Source: an uncultured archaeon
Lineage (GTDB): Archaea; Asgardarchaeota; Heimdallarchaeia; Heimdallarchaeales; Heimdallarchaeaceae
Length of the DNA: 30,924 bases
Assembly: GCA_964549075.1 (NCBI GenBank)
Contig: CAZJUB010000029.1
Location: forward strand, 1 to 30,924
Direction: 5' to 3'
Shown here piece by piece: positions 15,773-25,134 of this stretch (position 1 is its first letter; each line of letters begins with the position of its first letter). A model generated the notes under the pieces. It saw nothing but the letters and a program-made list of their open reading frames with translations, made no database searches and had not been told where the DNA came from. Position numbers and translations under genes: made by a program.

Positions 15773-16750
15773 ATGAAAGTCCTTGTTACAGGAGCTTTTG
15801 GCAATTTGGGAAAAAGTACATTAGAAGCTCTACTTAAGTCAGAGCACAATATTACAGCTATGGATGTAAAAACTCGAACAACTAAAAAATTGGCAAAGAA
15901 ATTCTCTAATATAAGCGAAATTAAGTGTCTTTGGGGTTCTATACAAGACATATCTTCTGTAAAAGAATCAGTTACAAGTCAGGATTGTATTATACATCTC
16001 GCTGGAGTGACACCTCCTTTTACGGAAAACAATCCAGAACTTTCCTATAAGATAAATGTACTTGGAACACAAAATGTTATAGAAGTAGCTCAAGAAGAAA
16101 AAAATCAACCTAAATTTATTTTCCCAAGTTCAGTTTCAATTTATGGTCCTCTATCACCTTCATCCAAACTCTTAACATCAGATTGCCCGATAAATCCTAC
16201 AGATGTTTATACAAGAAATAAAGCAGAAGCAGAAAAAATAATACAAAATAGTTCTTTACCTTGGACAATTCTAAGAATAACAGCTGTTCCTTCACCTTCA
16301 ATTTTTAAAAACAAAATAAACCTGCTCTATAATATTCCTTTAGATCAAAAGATAGAGTTTGCTCATACTAAAGATATTGGGAAGGCTATTGCCAATACAG
16401 TAACAGCTTCTACTGAAGGAAAAATATTACTCTTAGGTGGTGGTGAAAAATCCCAATTAACGAATAGAGTTTTTGTTCAATGTATCTTAGATACTTTAGG
16501 GCTTGAAATGCTTCCAGAATCAGTTTTTAAAATACCTAAAAGCAAAACTGATTGGTACTATACAGGTTGGCTGGATTCCCAAGAAGCTCAAGAATTGTTA
16601 GAATATCAATCACGGTCATTTTCTGATTATCTAGATGAAATAAGTGAAAAAACAAAATTTCTTCGCCTAATTATAGGATTTTTAAAACCAATTGTCAGAA
16701 AAATATTAATTTCTCAGTCACCTTATTACAAAGAAAATTTACAACGCTAA
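15773..16750 (+). CDS. NAD-dependent epimerase/dehydratase (extended SDR)
   Basis: VLVTGAFGNLG, IIHLAG, NVLGT, SSVSIYG, YTRNK (YxxxK). Confidence 0.9.
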   Translation: MKVLVTGAFGNLGKSTLEALLKSEHNITAMDVKTRTTKKLAKKFSNISEIKCLWGSIQDISSVKESVTSQDCIIHLAGVTPPFTENNPELSYKINVLGTQNVIEVAQEEKNQPKFIFPSSVSIYGPLSPSSKLLTSDCPINPTDVYTRNKAEAEKIIQNSSLPWTILRITAVPSPSIFKNKINLLYNIPLDQKIEFAHTKDIGKAIANTVTASTEGKILLLGGGEKSQLTNRVFVQCILDTLGLEMLPESVFKIPKSKTDWYYTGWLDSQEAQELLEYQSRSFSDYLDEISEKTKFLRLIIGFLKPIVRKILISQSPYYKENLQR

Positions 16751-16795
16751 TTTTTTTCAGATAGACTAATATTCTAGTTTGAAAATTTTTATAGG

Positions 16796-17656
16796 ATGGA
16801 AGATAAAATCTCTAATTCAAAAATATTAGAAAAAATTAAAAAATGGATTATGGAAAACACAGTAGATAATAATACAGAAGCTGCTCTTCTAGTTGGTTCT
16901 TGGGCAGAAGATAGAGCTAAAGAAAAAAGTGATGTTGATATAGTTTTGATAAAGAATGATCAACCTGAACCTATTCAGAACATTAAAACAAATGTTGAAG
17001 GAAAAAATCTTGATATTTGGATTCATTCTCAAGAATATATACTAGAAAATTTACAGAAGGACAATTCTAGTCTAAGTGATATCTACCAGAAATCTCTAAT
17101 TATTACCTTTTTTAACAATTGTAAGATTTGGTTTGAAAAGGAGGATTATATTAAGAAGTGTAAATCAATTTGCGAAAATTGGCAGTGGGATCCAAAAGAT
17201 AGAATTTATATTAAAATGATGGGAAAGCCTCCAAAAATGGACTGGGCTAAGGAAGCTTATGAGGAAAATCTTCGACTTTTACATTTATTTGAACAGAAAT
17301 TTGATAATAATTTACCAATATCGCATTATCTCAAAGACTATCCGGAATTGTATAAACCTGTAGAAAAGTCTAAAGTTATGAGTCTTTACAAATTGGTGAT
17401 TCCTTTGTTTGAACAGTTGAATATAGAAAAAGAATGGATAGAAATAACTGATACAAAAAAAGCCATACTTGAAGAAGATTGGGATATAGCTTTTGTTTCA
17501 CTCAAGGATGTTCTTTATTTTCTCTTGAGAAGATATGTTTCCCCTCCCTCTATGGAAAGGAGAGATCCAAGTTTCTGGAGTTTTGTCGAATCAAAAATCA
17601 TTCCACAAGAGTACATCAAGGCTTTAGAGATCGCATATTGTAAAATTGATGCATGA
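16796..17656 (+). CDS. Pol-beta superfamily nucleotidyltransferase domain protein with helical C-terminal region
   Basis: LVGSWAEDRAKEKSDVDIVLI (hGS..DxD), third Asp in NLDIW. Confidence 0.8.
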   Translation: MEDKISNSKILEKIKKWIMENTVDNNTEAALLVGSWAEDRAKEKSDVDIVLIKNDQPEPIQNIKTNVEGKNLDIWIHSQEYILENLQKDNSSLSDIYQKSLIITFFNNCKIWFEKEDYIKKCKSICENWQWDPKDRIYIKMMGKPPKMDWAKEAYEENLRLLHLFEQKFDNNLPISHYLKDYPELYKPVEKSKVMSLYKLVIPLFEQLNIEKEWIEITDTKKAILEEDWDIAFVSLKDVLYFLLRRYVSPPSMERRDPSFWSFVESKIIPQEYIKALEIAYCKIDA

Positions 17657-17672
17657 CTATGGATAGTATAAG

Positions 17673-18095
17673 TTATTTAACTAAATGTTTGAATCTTATC
17701 TGAAAATCTAATATGATCTGTTCTACTTTTTTCCTAAATTCATCTGTTTGAAAATAAATTGCTTTATTCAGATAACTTTCAAGTTCTTTCCAATTGACCA
17801 ATTCATAAATTAATCTCAAAAATCTCTTAGCACTTGTTGATTTAACTTTAGTGTGCATCCCAACTACAAAGATGAAATCATCTCTTGTTCTAAAATAATA
17901 GTTAACTCCTTCCATCTGTATGGAATATAACTCTGAACCTAATTCTCTAGAAAAAGCTATCATTGCAGCACTAAATCCACTAAATAATAGCTCGTCCATA
18001 ATCTCACTTACGTATGAACGATGAAAAACAGCTAGTCCACTTAAGTCTACCACTGTAAATCGAAGAAGAGGTGGTTTTTCAGGGATTTCAGACAT
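17673..18095 (-). CDS. Small longin/roadblock-like domain protein (eukaryotic-signature type)
   Basis: FTVVDLSGLAVFHRSY...DELLFSGFSAAMIAFSRELGSELYSIQME...FIFVVG pattern; ATG 18095 preferred. Confidence 0.68.
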   Translation of the reverse strand: MSEIPEKPPLLRFTVVDLSGLAVFHRSYVSEIMDELLFSGFSAAMIAFSRELGSELYSIQMEGVNYYFRTRDDFIFVVGMHTKVKSTSAKRFLRLIYELVNWKELESYLNKAIYFQTDEFRKKVEQIILDFQIRFKHLVK

Positions 18096-18276
18096 TTTGG
18101 ACTGTTCTCTTATTTTCGAAGATTTAGCGTTCAATATTGCACCTATATATTCACTTCAAGAATTATTATACAACTTAGCTAATTAAAAAGTGTATGGTGA
18201 AAATTTGCTGAAAATATGATTTTATCTTAGAAAGTTGCTAGAAAACACTTTTATTTTTGCGTTTTAAAAAAATCAC

Positions 18277-19062
18277 ATGCGTGCATTGGTAGTTTTAACA
18301 CATTCTGAATGTAAGAGACTTATTGCAAAAGGATTGAAAGAACATCCTGAAATTAAGGAAGCTATGAAAGAATCAAAGATTTTTATTTCGAGAGGATCTA
18401 CAACAGCTTATGTTTTGGAAGAATTATTAGGTGAAGAAATAGATAAATCTCATTATGTTGCTGGACAAGTAACAGGAGATAAAAAAAATCTATTCAGACT
18501 TGGTAGTCTTAAAACTGATAAACGAATAAAAGAAGTGTTTTTAGAAAAGGGAAAGAAAAAGGAAGTAGATAATTTGAGAGACATCATCGAGGATTTCCAT
18601 CCGGGAGATGTTATCATAAAAGGTGCAAATACACTTGATTTTGAAGGTGTTGCTGGAGTTTATATGGCTCATCCAATTGGTGGAACAGTAGGAGCCTTTC
18701 TACCTATCGCAATAGCTCGTGGAATTACTATAATTGTTCCAGTAAGTATCTCACGATCTACTGATGATAGTGTTTGGGAGTTATCACAAATCTTAGGGAA
18801 CGAAACAGTTGATCCAGAATACTCAATGGGACACCCTATAGGGATTATGCCTATTCCTGGTGAAGTTTTCACTGAATTTGATGCTTTTGATTTGCTTTAT
18901 CCTGAAGTTAATGTGTTTCATATCGGATCAAGTGGAGTAGGTAGTGGTGAAGGTTCGTTACATTTCTTATTTATAGGAGAAGATGATAAAGTCAAGGAAG
19001 CTTATAATGATATGGTGAAATTGGCAAAAGAAGAGCCAAAATATATTCCTGATGAGGAGTAA
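18277..19062 (+). CDS. Conserved hypothetical alpha/beta protein (possibly NagB/RpiA/CoA-transferase-like fold)
   Basis: SECKRLIAKG, RGSTTAYV, VIIKGAN, GGTVG, IIVPV, GVGSGEGS; function not assignable from sequence. Confidence 0.6.
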   Translation: MRALVVLTHSECKRLIAKGLKEHPEIKEAMKESKIFISRGSTTAYVLEELLGEEIDKSHYVAGQVTGDKKNLFRLGSLKTDKRIKEVFLEKGKKKEVDNLRDIIEDFHPGDVIIKGANTLDFEGVAGVYMAHPIGGTVGAFLPIAIARGITIIVPVSISRSTDDSVWELSQILGNETVDPEYSMGHPIGIMPIPGEVFTEFDAFDLLYPEVNVFHIGSSGVGSGEGSLHFLFIGEDDKVKEAYNDMVKLAKEEPKYIPDEE

Positions 19063-19098
19063 TTTTTTTTGAAAAAAATAAAAAGGAGTCTCTGCAAA

Positions 19099-19494
19099 TT
19101 ATGCGAGATATAAACTTACGTTTGCAAAGACTCTGATGATATAAACAATTAGAAGAATTAAAGTTGTAATTCCTAAAGCAAGGTAGAAATTCTTGGGTTT
19201 TAGCCATTTATGTATCAAAGCTATAGTTAATGCAAAAGCAAGTATTATAGATAGAGGGAATAAATCTTGATTATTATCAAAAATAAAGAAAGAACCTACC
19301 CAACCTGTAACAACAACAAATATGATTATACATAATGCCGCTATAAAAGATTTCCAGATGGTTGCTTTTCTAAATTCCTTTCTTCGATCTAAGAATTCCA
19401 TAAAAACTAACATTCCAAATATAAGAAGAATTTCAGCAGCCCAAACGAGCCACTCCCACCACAATGCATGAAATGCAAATACGACTTGTGCCAT
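19099..19494 (-). CDS. Small 4-TM membrane protein, unknown function
   Basis: Four hydrophobic segments separated by basic loops. Confidence 0.75.
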   Translation of the reverse strand: MAQVVFAFHALWWEWLVWAAEILLIFGMLVFMEFLDRRKEFRKATIWKSFIAALCIIIFVVVTGWVGSFFIFDNNQDLFPLSIILAFALTIALIHKWLKPKNFYLALGITTLILLIVYIIRVFANVSLYLA

Positions 19495-19549
19495 TTTTTG
19501 GTCTATTCGTTGGAGATGTGAATGGTGTATTTAAACAAGTTTCTAAAGG

Positions 19550-19569
19550 CTTATTTAACCTTAAATAAG
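19550..19569. promoter_or_regulatory. Perfect 9-bp inverted repeat, putative transcription-factor site in a divergent promoter region
   Basis: CTTATTTAA-CC-TTAAATAAG. Confidence 0.35.
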
Positions 19570-19763
19570 ATTCTTTCTTAAAATCTATTTTTCATTATTT
19601 TGTATAAAATTCGATAATTTTGTAGTTTTAAGATTTCAGTGAAATTTGTTATATGAAAATATGAGGTAAATTTGTATCTAATTTCGAAATTTTTGTTATT
19701 CCCAATACTATAAAAATACACAAACACCTCGTATTGGTTAGAGTATTTTCAAGGTGTAAAATT

Positions 19764-21389
19764 TTGAAAGATGGTATTTTTCAAGTTCCAAAACCTAAGA
19801 ATGAATCAATTTTAGGTTATCTTCCAGGGAGTAATGAAAGAGAAGAACTAAAGAAAAAATTAGACTTTATCAAAGAGAAATTCGAGATACCTCTAATCAT
19901 TGATGGCATTGAGGTTTTAAGTGATAATAAAGGAACTTGTGTTCCTCCACACAACCATCAATTAGTCTTAGCAGATTACAATAAAGCGGGAGAAGAAGAA
20001 GTAGAAGCTGCAATAGAAGCTGCATTAAATGCAAAAGAAAACTGGGAATTATTTCATTGGTCAGATAGAGCAGCTATATTATTGAAAGCTGCAGATTTTA
20101 TGGCAGGTCCATATAGACAAATTATGAACGCAGCAACCATGCTCGGGGTAAGTAAAAACGTTTTCCAAGCTGAAATTGATGTAGTTGAATTGATAGATTT
20201 CTTCAGGTTTAATGCTTATTACATGAGTCAAATATATGAACAACAACCTAGTTCTCCTCGAGGTCAATGGAATAGATTAGAATATAGACCTCTTGAAGGA
20301 TTTGTGTTTGCTATTACTCCGTTTAATTTTATCTCTATTACTGGGAATTTACCTACTTCACCTGCTTTGATGGGAAATACTGTTGTATGGAAACCTGCTT
20401 CATCAGCTGTCTATCCCGCTTATTATATCATGCAAATACTTATGGAAGCTGGATTACCTCCAGGTGTGATAAACTTCGTTCCAGGCCAAGGATCTACAGT
20501 GGGTAAGCAAATCTTGAATCATCCAGATTTAGCAGGGATTCACTTTACTGGCAGTACCGGAGTCTTTCAGTGGATCTGGAAAACAATTGGTAATAATATA
20601 ACTAAATATCGAACCTATCCAAGATTAGTAGGTGAAACTGGAGGAAAAGACTTTATTTTTGTACATGAATCAGCAAATGTCAACGAAGTTGCAACTGCCT
20701 TGATTCGAGGAGCATTCGAATTTCAAGGTCAGAAATGTTCTGCAGCCAGTAGGACCTATATTCCTGAGAGTATGTGGGAAGGAATTAAAGAACAATTAGT
20801 TAAAGCTACTTCAGAATTTAAACAAGGAGATGTGGAAGATTTTACTACTTTCATGAATGCTGTAATAGACCAACCTTCGTTTAACAACATTACAAGCTAT
20901 ATAGATTATGCGAAAAATTCAGAAGAAGCAGAGATTCTAACTGGAGGGAACTTTGATGATAAAAAAGGTTATTTCATCGAACCTACCACAATAGTTACAT
21001 CTAATCCAAAATTTAAAACAATGGAAGAAGAAATCTTTGGACCAGTTTTAACAGTTTATGTTTATCCTGATGAAAAATTCAAAGAAACCTTAGATCTCTG
21101 TGATAATATTTCTCCTTATGCATTAACGGGATCAATTTTCGCAAAAGATAGAACTGCAATAGAGTTAGCAAGTAAGATACTAAGAAATGCTGCAGGAAAT
21201 TTCTACATCAACGATAAACCAACTGGAGCAGTAGTAGGACACCAACCATTTGGTGGGGCAAGAGCATCAGGAACTAATGATAAAGCAGGAAGTTATTTGA
21301 ATTTACTTAGATGGACTTCAGTAAGAACAATTAAGGAGAATTTTATCCCTCCAAAAGATTATTCTTATCCTTATATGATAGAAGAATGA
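19764..21389 (+). CDS. pruA: L-glutamate gamma-semialdehyde (P5C) dehydrogenase
   Basis: ALDH motifs ITPFNF, WKPAS, FTGS, GETGGKDF, FEFQGQKCSAASR (catalytic Cys), EEIFGPV, QPFGGARASGTNDKAG; TTG 19764 preceded by AGGTG. Confidence 0.95.
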   Translation: MKDGIFQVPKPKNESILGYLPGSNEREELKKKLDFIKEKFEIPLIIDGIEVLSDNKGTCVPPHNHQLVLADYNKAGEEEVEAAIEAALNAKENWELFHWSDRAAILLKAADFMAGPYRQIMNAATMLGVSKNVFQAEIDVVELIDFFRFNAYYMSQIYEQQPSSPRGQWNRLEYRPLEGFVFAITPFNFISITGNLPTSPALMGNTVVWKPASSAVYPAYYIMQILMEAGLPPGVINFVPGQGSTVGKQILNHPDLAGIHFTGSTGVFQWIWKTIGNNITKYRTYPRLVGETGGKDFIFVHESANVNEVATALIRGAFEFQGQKCSAASRTYIPESMWEGIKEQLVKATSEFKQGDVEDFTTFMNAVIDQPSFNNITSYIDYAKNSEEAEILTGGNFDDKKGYFIEPTTIVTSNPKFKTMEEEIFGPVLTVYVYPDEKFKETLDLCDNISPYALTGSIFAKDRTAIELASKILRNAAGNFYINDKPTGAVVGHQPFGGARASGTNDKAGSYLNLLRWTSVRTIKENFIPPKDYSYPYMIEE

Positions 21390-21473
21390 TATTTAGAGGA
21401 ATTTACTCCTTTTTACAATATAAGAATCAAAATCAAAAAAAATTAGAATAATTTTAAAAAAACCTGTGTGTTT

Positions 21474-21668
21474 CTATACGTCTTTAGCTGCAACAGTTTT
21501 TCTACCGTTAGCTTTTGTTCTCTCTACTGCCATTTTGATCTTTTTAGCAACAAGAACATTTAGTTCATCATAAAAATCGCTAGAAACGTTGTAATCACCA
21601 AGTGTCTTGACATAGTCTTTCACTTTTGATTTTACAATTAAAACTTCTAATACTTCCTTTTTAGGCAT
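21474..21668 (-). CDS. Short histone-fold protein (face-to-face / HTkC- and Bd0055-like type)
   Basis: LIVKSKVKDYVK...NVSSDFYDELN...AVERTKANGRKTVAAKDV with histone RKTxxxxD motif; strong SD GGAGGT; TTTATAAA box upstream. Confidence 0.88.
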   Translation of the reverse strand: MPKKEVLEVLIVKSKVKDYVKTLGDYNVSSDFYDELNVLVAKKIKMAVERTKANGRKTVAAKDV

Positions 21669-21715
21669 TTTTTAAACCTCCAAATTAGGTTTCAAATCTT
21701 TTATTGCGCTAATAG

Positions 21716-21723
21716 TTTATAAA
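21716..21723 (-). promoter_or_regulatory. TATA box of the histone gene
   Basis: TTTATAAA preceded on the minus strand by purine-rich AAAAAGAG (BRE-like), ~50 nt upstream of the ATG. Confidence 0.5.
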
Positions 21724-21824
21724 GTCTCTTTTAGTTTCATTCTAAGTATTTATTTTGGAAGAAGGTAGCTTTTTATAGAAGTTATCTGTTCATTTATTTA
21801 GAATTTTGTTTGGATCTAATATAA

Positions 21825-23045
21825 ATGTTTGATACTGGAAATACAGCTTTTATGCTTGTTGCCACTAGCTTAGTAATGCTTATGACTCCAGGTCTTGCCT
21901 TTTTTTATGGTGGACTTGTCAGTCGAAAGAATGTTTTGACAATAATGATGCAAAGTTTTGTGTCTCTTGGGTGGACAACCATATTATGGGTAACTGTTGG
22001 ATTTACAATGTGCTTTGGAGATGACTTAGGTGGAATAATTGGAAATGGAAAATATATTTTTCTTCGTAATATTACTGTTGATACACCAATTAGTGCAGTA
22101 CTAGAAGGTAGTACGGCTAATATCCCTATATTGGTCTTCGTAGCTTATCAGATGATGTTTGCAATTATTACGCCTGCTTTAATAACAGGTGCTTTTGCAG
22201 ATAGAGTCAGATTTAAAGCATACATGATTTTCCTTACCGTCTGGTTACTGTTTGTCTACTTCCCACTTGTACATATGGTCTGGGGAGGCGGATTCCTTTC
22301 TAATTGGGGTGTTAAGGATTTTGCGGGAGGAATTGTGGTTCATGCAAGTGCAGGTTTTGCCGCTCTAGCCTCGATTTTCGTTGTTGGAAAAAGAAAAATG
22401 AAAGTATCAAGACCTCACAGTATTCCATTAGTTGCAATAGGAACAGCTCTGTTGTGGTTTGGATGGTATGGTTTCAATGCTGGAAGTGAATTACAAGTTG
22501 ATCATATAACAGCTATTGCTTTTGTTAACACAGATGTTGCAGCTTCATTTGCTGCTATTACTTGGTTAATAATATCAATGATTTTTGAGAAAAAACCAAA
22601 AATTCTAGGTATGCTAACTGGTGCAGTAGCAGGTCTAGCAACTATTACTCCAGCAGCTGGATATGTAACTGTACAAACATCCATGATAATTGGTGTACTT
22701 GCAGCTATATTTTGCTATCTCGCTATTTGGTTTAAAAATAAAAGAGGTTGGGACGATGCTCTAGATGTGTGGGGAGTACATGGTGTTGGAGGATTTTTAG
22801 GAATTGTAATGTTAGGTATAACAGCATGGCCTGAAGTGAATGGAGTTACTGGATTAATCCGTGGCGGTTGGCAATTCTTTTTGAAGCAACTAGCTGCAGT
22901 TTCTGGTGTTGCTGTTTATGCATTTGTTTTTAGTTTTGCTGCTCTATGGCTTATAAACAAAATTACTCGCGTAAAAGTTCCAGAAAGTGCTGAAGAAGAT
23001 CTTGATAAATTCGAATTTGCAGAAGAAGCTTATATCGAAGAGTAA
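21825..23045 (+). CDS. amt: Ammonium transporter (Amt family)
   Basis: LMTPGLAFFYGG, QMMFAIITPALITGA, DFAGGIVVH, WFGWYGFNAGS, GLATITP, DDALDVWGVHGVGG (twin His present). Confidence 0.97.
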   Translation: MFDTGNTAFMLVATSLVMLMTPGLAFFYGGLVSRKNVLTIMMQSFVSLGWTTILWVTVGFTMCFGDDLGGIIGNGKYIFLRNITVDTPISAVLEGSTANIPILVFVAYQMMFAIITPALITGAFADRVRFKAYMIFLTVWLLFVYFPLVHMVWGGGFLSNWGVKDFAGGIVVHASAGFAALASIFVVGKRKMKVSRPHSIPLVAIGTALLWFGWYGFNAGSELQVDHITAIAFVNTDVAASFAAITWLIISMIFEKKPKILGMLTGAVAGLATITPAAGYVTVQTSMIIGVLAAIFCYLAIWFKNKRGWDDALDVWGVHGVGGFLGIVMLGITAWPEVNGVTGLIRGGWQFFLKQLAAVSGVAVYAFVFSFAALWLINKITRVKVPESAEEDLDKFEFAEEAYIEE

Positions 23046-23075
23046 TAAACAGTTTTCTAAAAATACCTTCTTTAC

Positions 23076-23096
23076 TTTTTTTCTTTTTTTCTTTTT
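23076..23096 (+). terminator. Oligo-T terminator after amt
   Basis: TTTTTTTCTTTTTTTCTTTTT. Confidence 0.55.
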
Positions 23097-23202
23097 AAAA
23101 CTCCTTCTAATATAATAGCTAACGTCTGATGGGAAATCTTTTATTAAAACAAGATTGTTAGAACATCGAGAGAAAATAAATCGAATGTTGGAGATGCTTT
23201 AA

Positions 23203-25134
23203 TTGATAACTGTTGGAAAAGAAAACCTTTACTCAAACAATAATTATGGAGTAGAAATTCAGAGCGTTATTTTACAAAAGTATAAGAATTCTACTAGATG
23301 GTTTTGGTCAGCTTTTACACGTTATCCTTTTCGATACTTATTAGGTATTATACTCCTAGTTATCAGTACTTATTCTTCAACTAAAACTCTAGCACTTATA
23401 GGAGATGTTTTAGGAATTATACAACGAAATCTCTCATTAAAACTAACATCTTTTCTCCCGATAAACATCTCAGAAATTACAACTATAGGTTGGGGACAAA
23501 CAACTATCAATATGTTCACACCAGATTTTATTCGAACAATTATTTGGATGGTAATTTATGTTATCATCGCTTGGGTAACATTAAGTGTAAATATAGCTAT
23601 ATGGGCTGATACTTCTTTCCGAGTGCAAAGAGATATGAGACAAGAATTCTATGAGGTTGTTCAAAACCATTCTATGGCATTTTTCGATGTTAATGACTCA
23701 GGAGTTATTCTTTCAATGGGAATGAATGAAATCAACCAAGTTCGCATGGCTTATCACCCTTCGTTAAGAAATTTGTTAGGGTCAGTTATGACGATTGTGA
23801 TTACAACCGTATTACTCTGGATTTATGACTGGATTATTGGAGTCGTGTTTTTGGTCTCATTTATTCTTTATTTGATTATTGCTTGGATATATGCAGCAAA
23901 GGTAGCTCCAATACGTCAAAAACTTGCAACTGATTTAGGTTCGATGTCTTCTATTTCACAAGAGATGTTCAAAGGTGTAGATGTTGTTAGATCATTTAAT
24001 AATCATGAGAAAGAAATTACTAAATTTAACAAAGTGAGCTTAGAGTATGCTGACGATATGAGAAGAGAAGGATATTTGAGTGCTTTCTACTGGCCAGCTG
24101 TAATCTCTATTTTAGTAACAGCAGGAGCATTTGCTTTTGGAATATATAGTGTGATAATTGGTCGATATGTAAGTATAGGTATTCTAATATCAATTCTGTC
24201 TCTCTTATTAAATCTCAATAGACAGAATTTCATGATACCACAACGTCTTATAATGTTACAAGCTGGACTTCAAAATTCTAGACGTTTATGGAATGTGATG
24301 AGTTTTAAAGATCCCTTGGAACAATCAGAAACTCCAATTGAAGGAAACTGGAATAAAGAAGTGGTTTTTGAAAATGTGAGTTTTGCTTATCCAGGAACAG
24401 AAAAATTAGTGCTCAATAACGTATCTTTCTCTATTCATGCTGGGGCTAGAGTTGCACTTATTGGAGGTCCTGGATCAGGTAAATCGACTATTCTAAAACT
24501 ATTATTAAGACTATATGATCCAACTAGTGGGAAAATCAAAATTAATAATTCTAATATCAAAGATATGCATACAAGCTATGTTCGTTCAAATGTAACTATG
24601 GTTGAACAAGATATCTTCTTATTTTCAGATACTTTAAAGGCTAATATAGCGTTCGCAAAACCAGAAGCTACTGATGAAGAGATAAGAGCTGCTGCTGATA
24701 AAGCTCAAATTTCCCAATTTATTGAATCATTACCAGAAGGTTATCAGACAATAATTGGAGAAAGAGGAGTTACTCTTTCTGGTGGTCAACGTCAGCGTAT
24801 TGCAATTGCTCGTGCTCTTTTATCCAATCCAAATTTGTTACTTCTAGATGATAGTACAAGTGCTGTTGATATAAAGACCGAGTTAAGACTTAGATATGCA
24901 ATGGAAGAATTAATGAAAAATCGAACTAGTATTGTAGTAACACAACGATTAACAACACTAGTTGCAGCAGACATGATTATTCTGATGAAAAAAGGTAAAG
25001 TAGTAGATATTGGTCATCATGAGGAGTTAATTCAAAGATGCTCAGATTATCAATTTATGTGTCAACACTTACCTATAGCTAAAGGTTCTGCAAGTTCTGA
25101 CCTAGCAGATGCTATTTCGGGAGGGAGAGATTGA
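23203..25134 (+). CDS. ABC exporter half-transporter (TMD+NBD), degenerate-site subunit
   Basis: Walker A GGPGSGKST, LSGGQRQR, Walker B LLLLDD (E to D), switch TQR (H to Q). Confidence 0.93.
   Translation: MITVGKENLYSNNNYGVEIQSVILQKYKNSTRWFWSAFTRYPFRYLLGIILLVISTYSSTKTLALIGDVLGIIQRNLSLKLTSFLPINISEITTIGWGQTTINMFTPDFIRTIIWMVIYVIIAWVTLSVNIAIWADTSFRVQRDMRQEFYEVVQNHSMAFFDVNDSGVILSMGMNEINQVRMAYHPSLRNLLGSVMTIVITTVLLWIYDWIIGVVFLVSFILYLIIAWIYAAKVAPIRQKLATDLGSMSSISQEMFKGVDVVRSFNNHEKEITKFNKVSLEYADDMRREGYLSAFYWPAVISILVTAGAFAFGIYSVIIGRYVSIGILISILSLLLNLNRQNFMIPQRLIMLQAGLQNSRRLWNVMSFKDPLEQSETPIEGNWNKEVVFENVSFAYPGTEKLVLNNVSFSIHAGARVALIGGPGSGKSTILKLLLRLYDPTSGKIKINNSNIKDMHTSYVRSNVTMVEQDIFLFSDTLKANIAFAKPEATDEEIRAAADKAQISQFIESLPEGYQTIIGERGVTLSGGQRQRIAIARALLSNPNLLLLDDSTSAVDIKTELRLRYAMEELMKNRTSIVVTQRLTTLVAADMIILMKKGKVVDIGHHEELIQRCSDYQFMCQHLPIAKGSASSDLADAISGGRD

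Noticed and set aside
23203-25134. Degenerate Walker B and H-loop as a sign of pseudogenisation
   Set aside because: This is the normal asymmetry of heterodimeric ABC exporters; the partner has consensus motifs.
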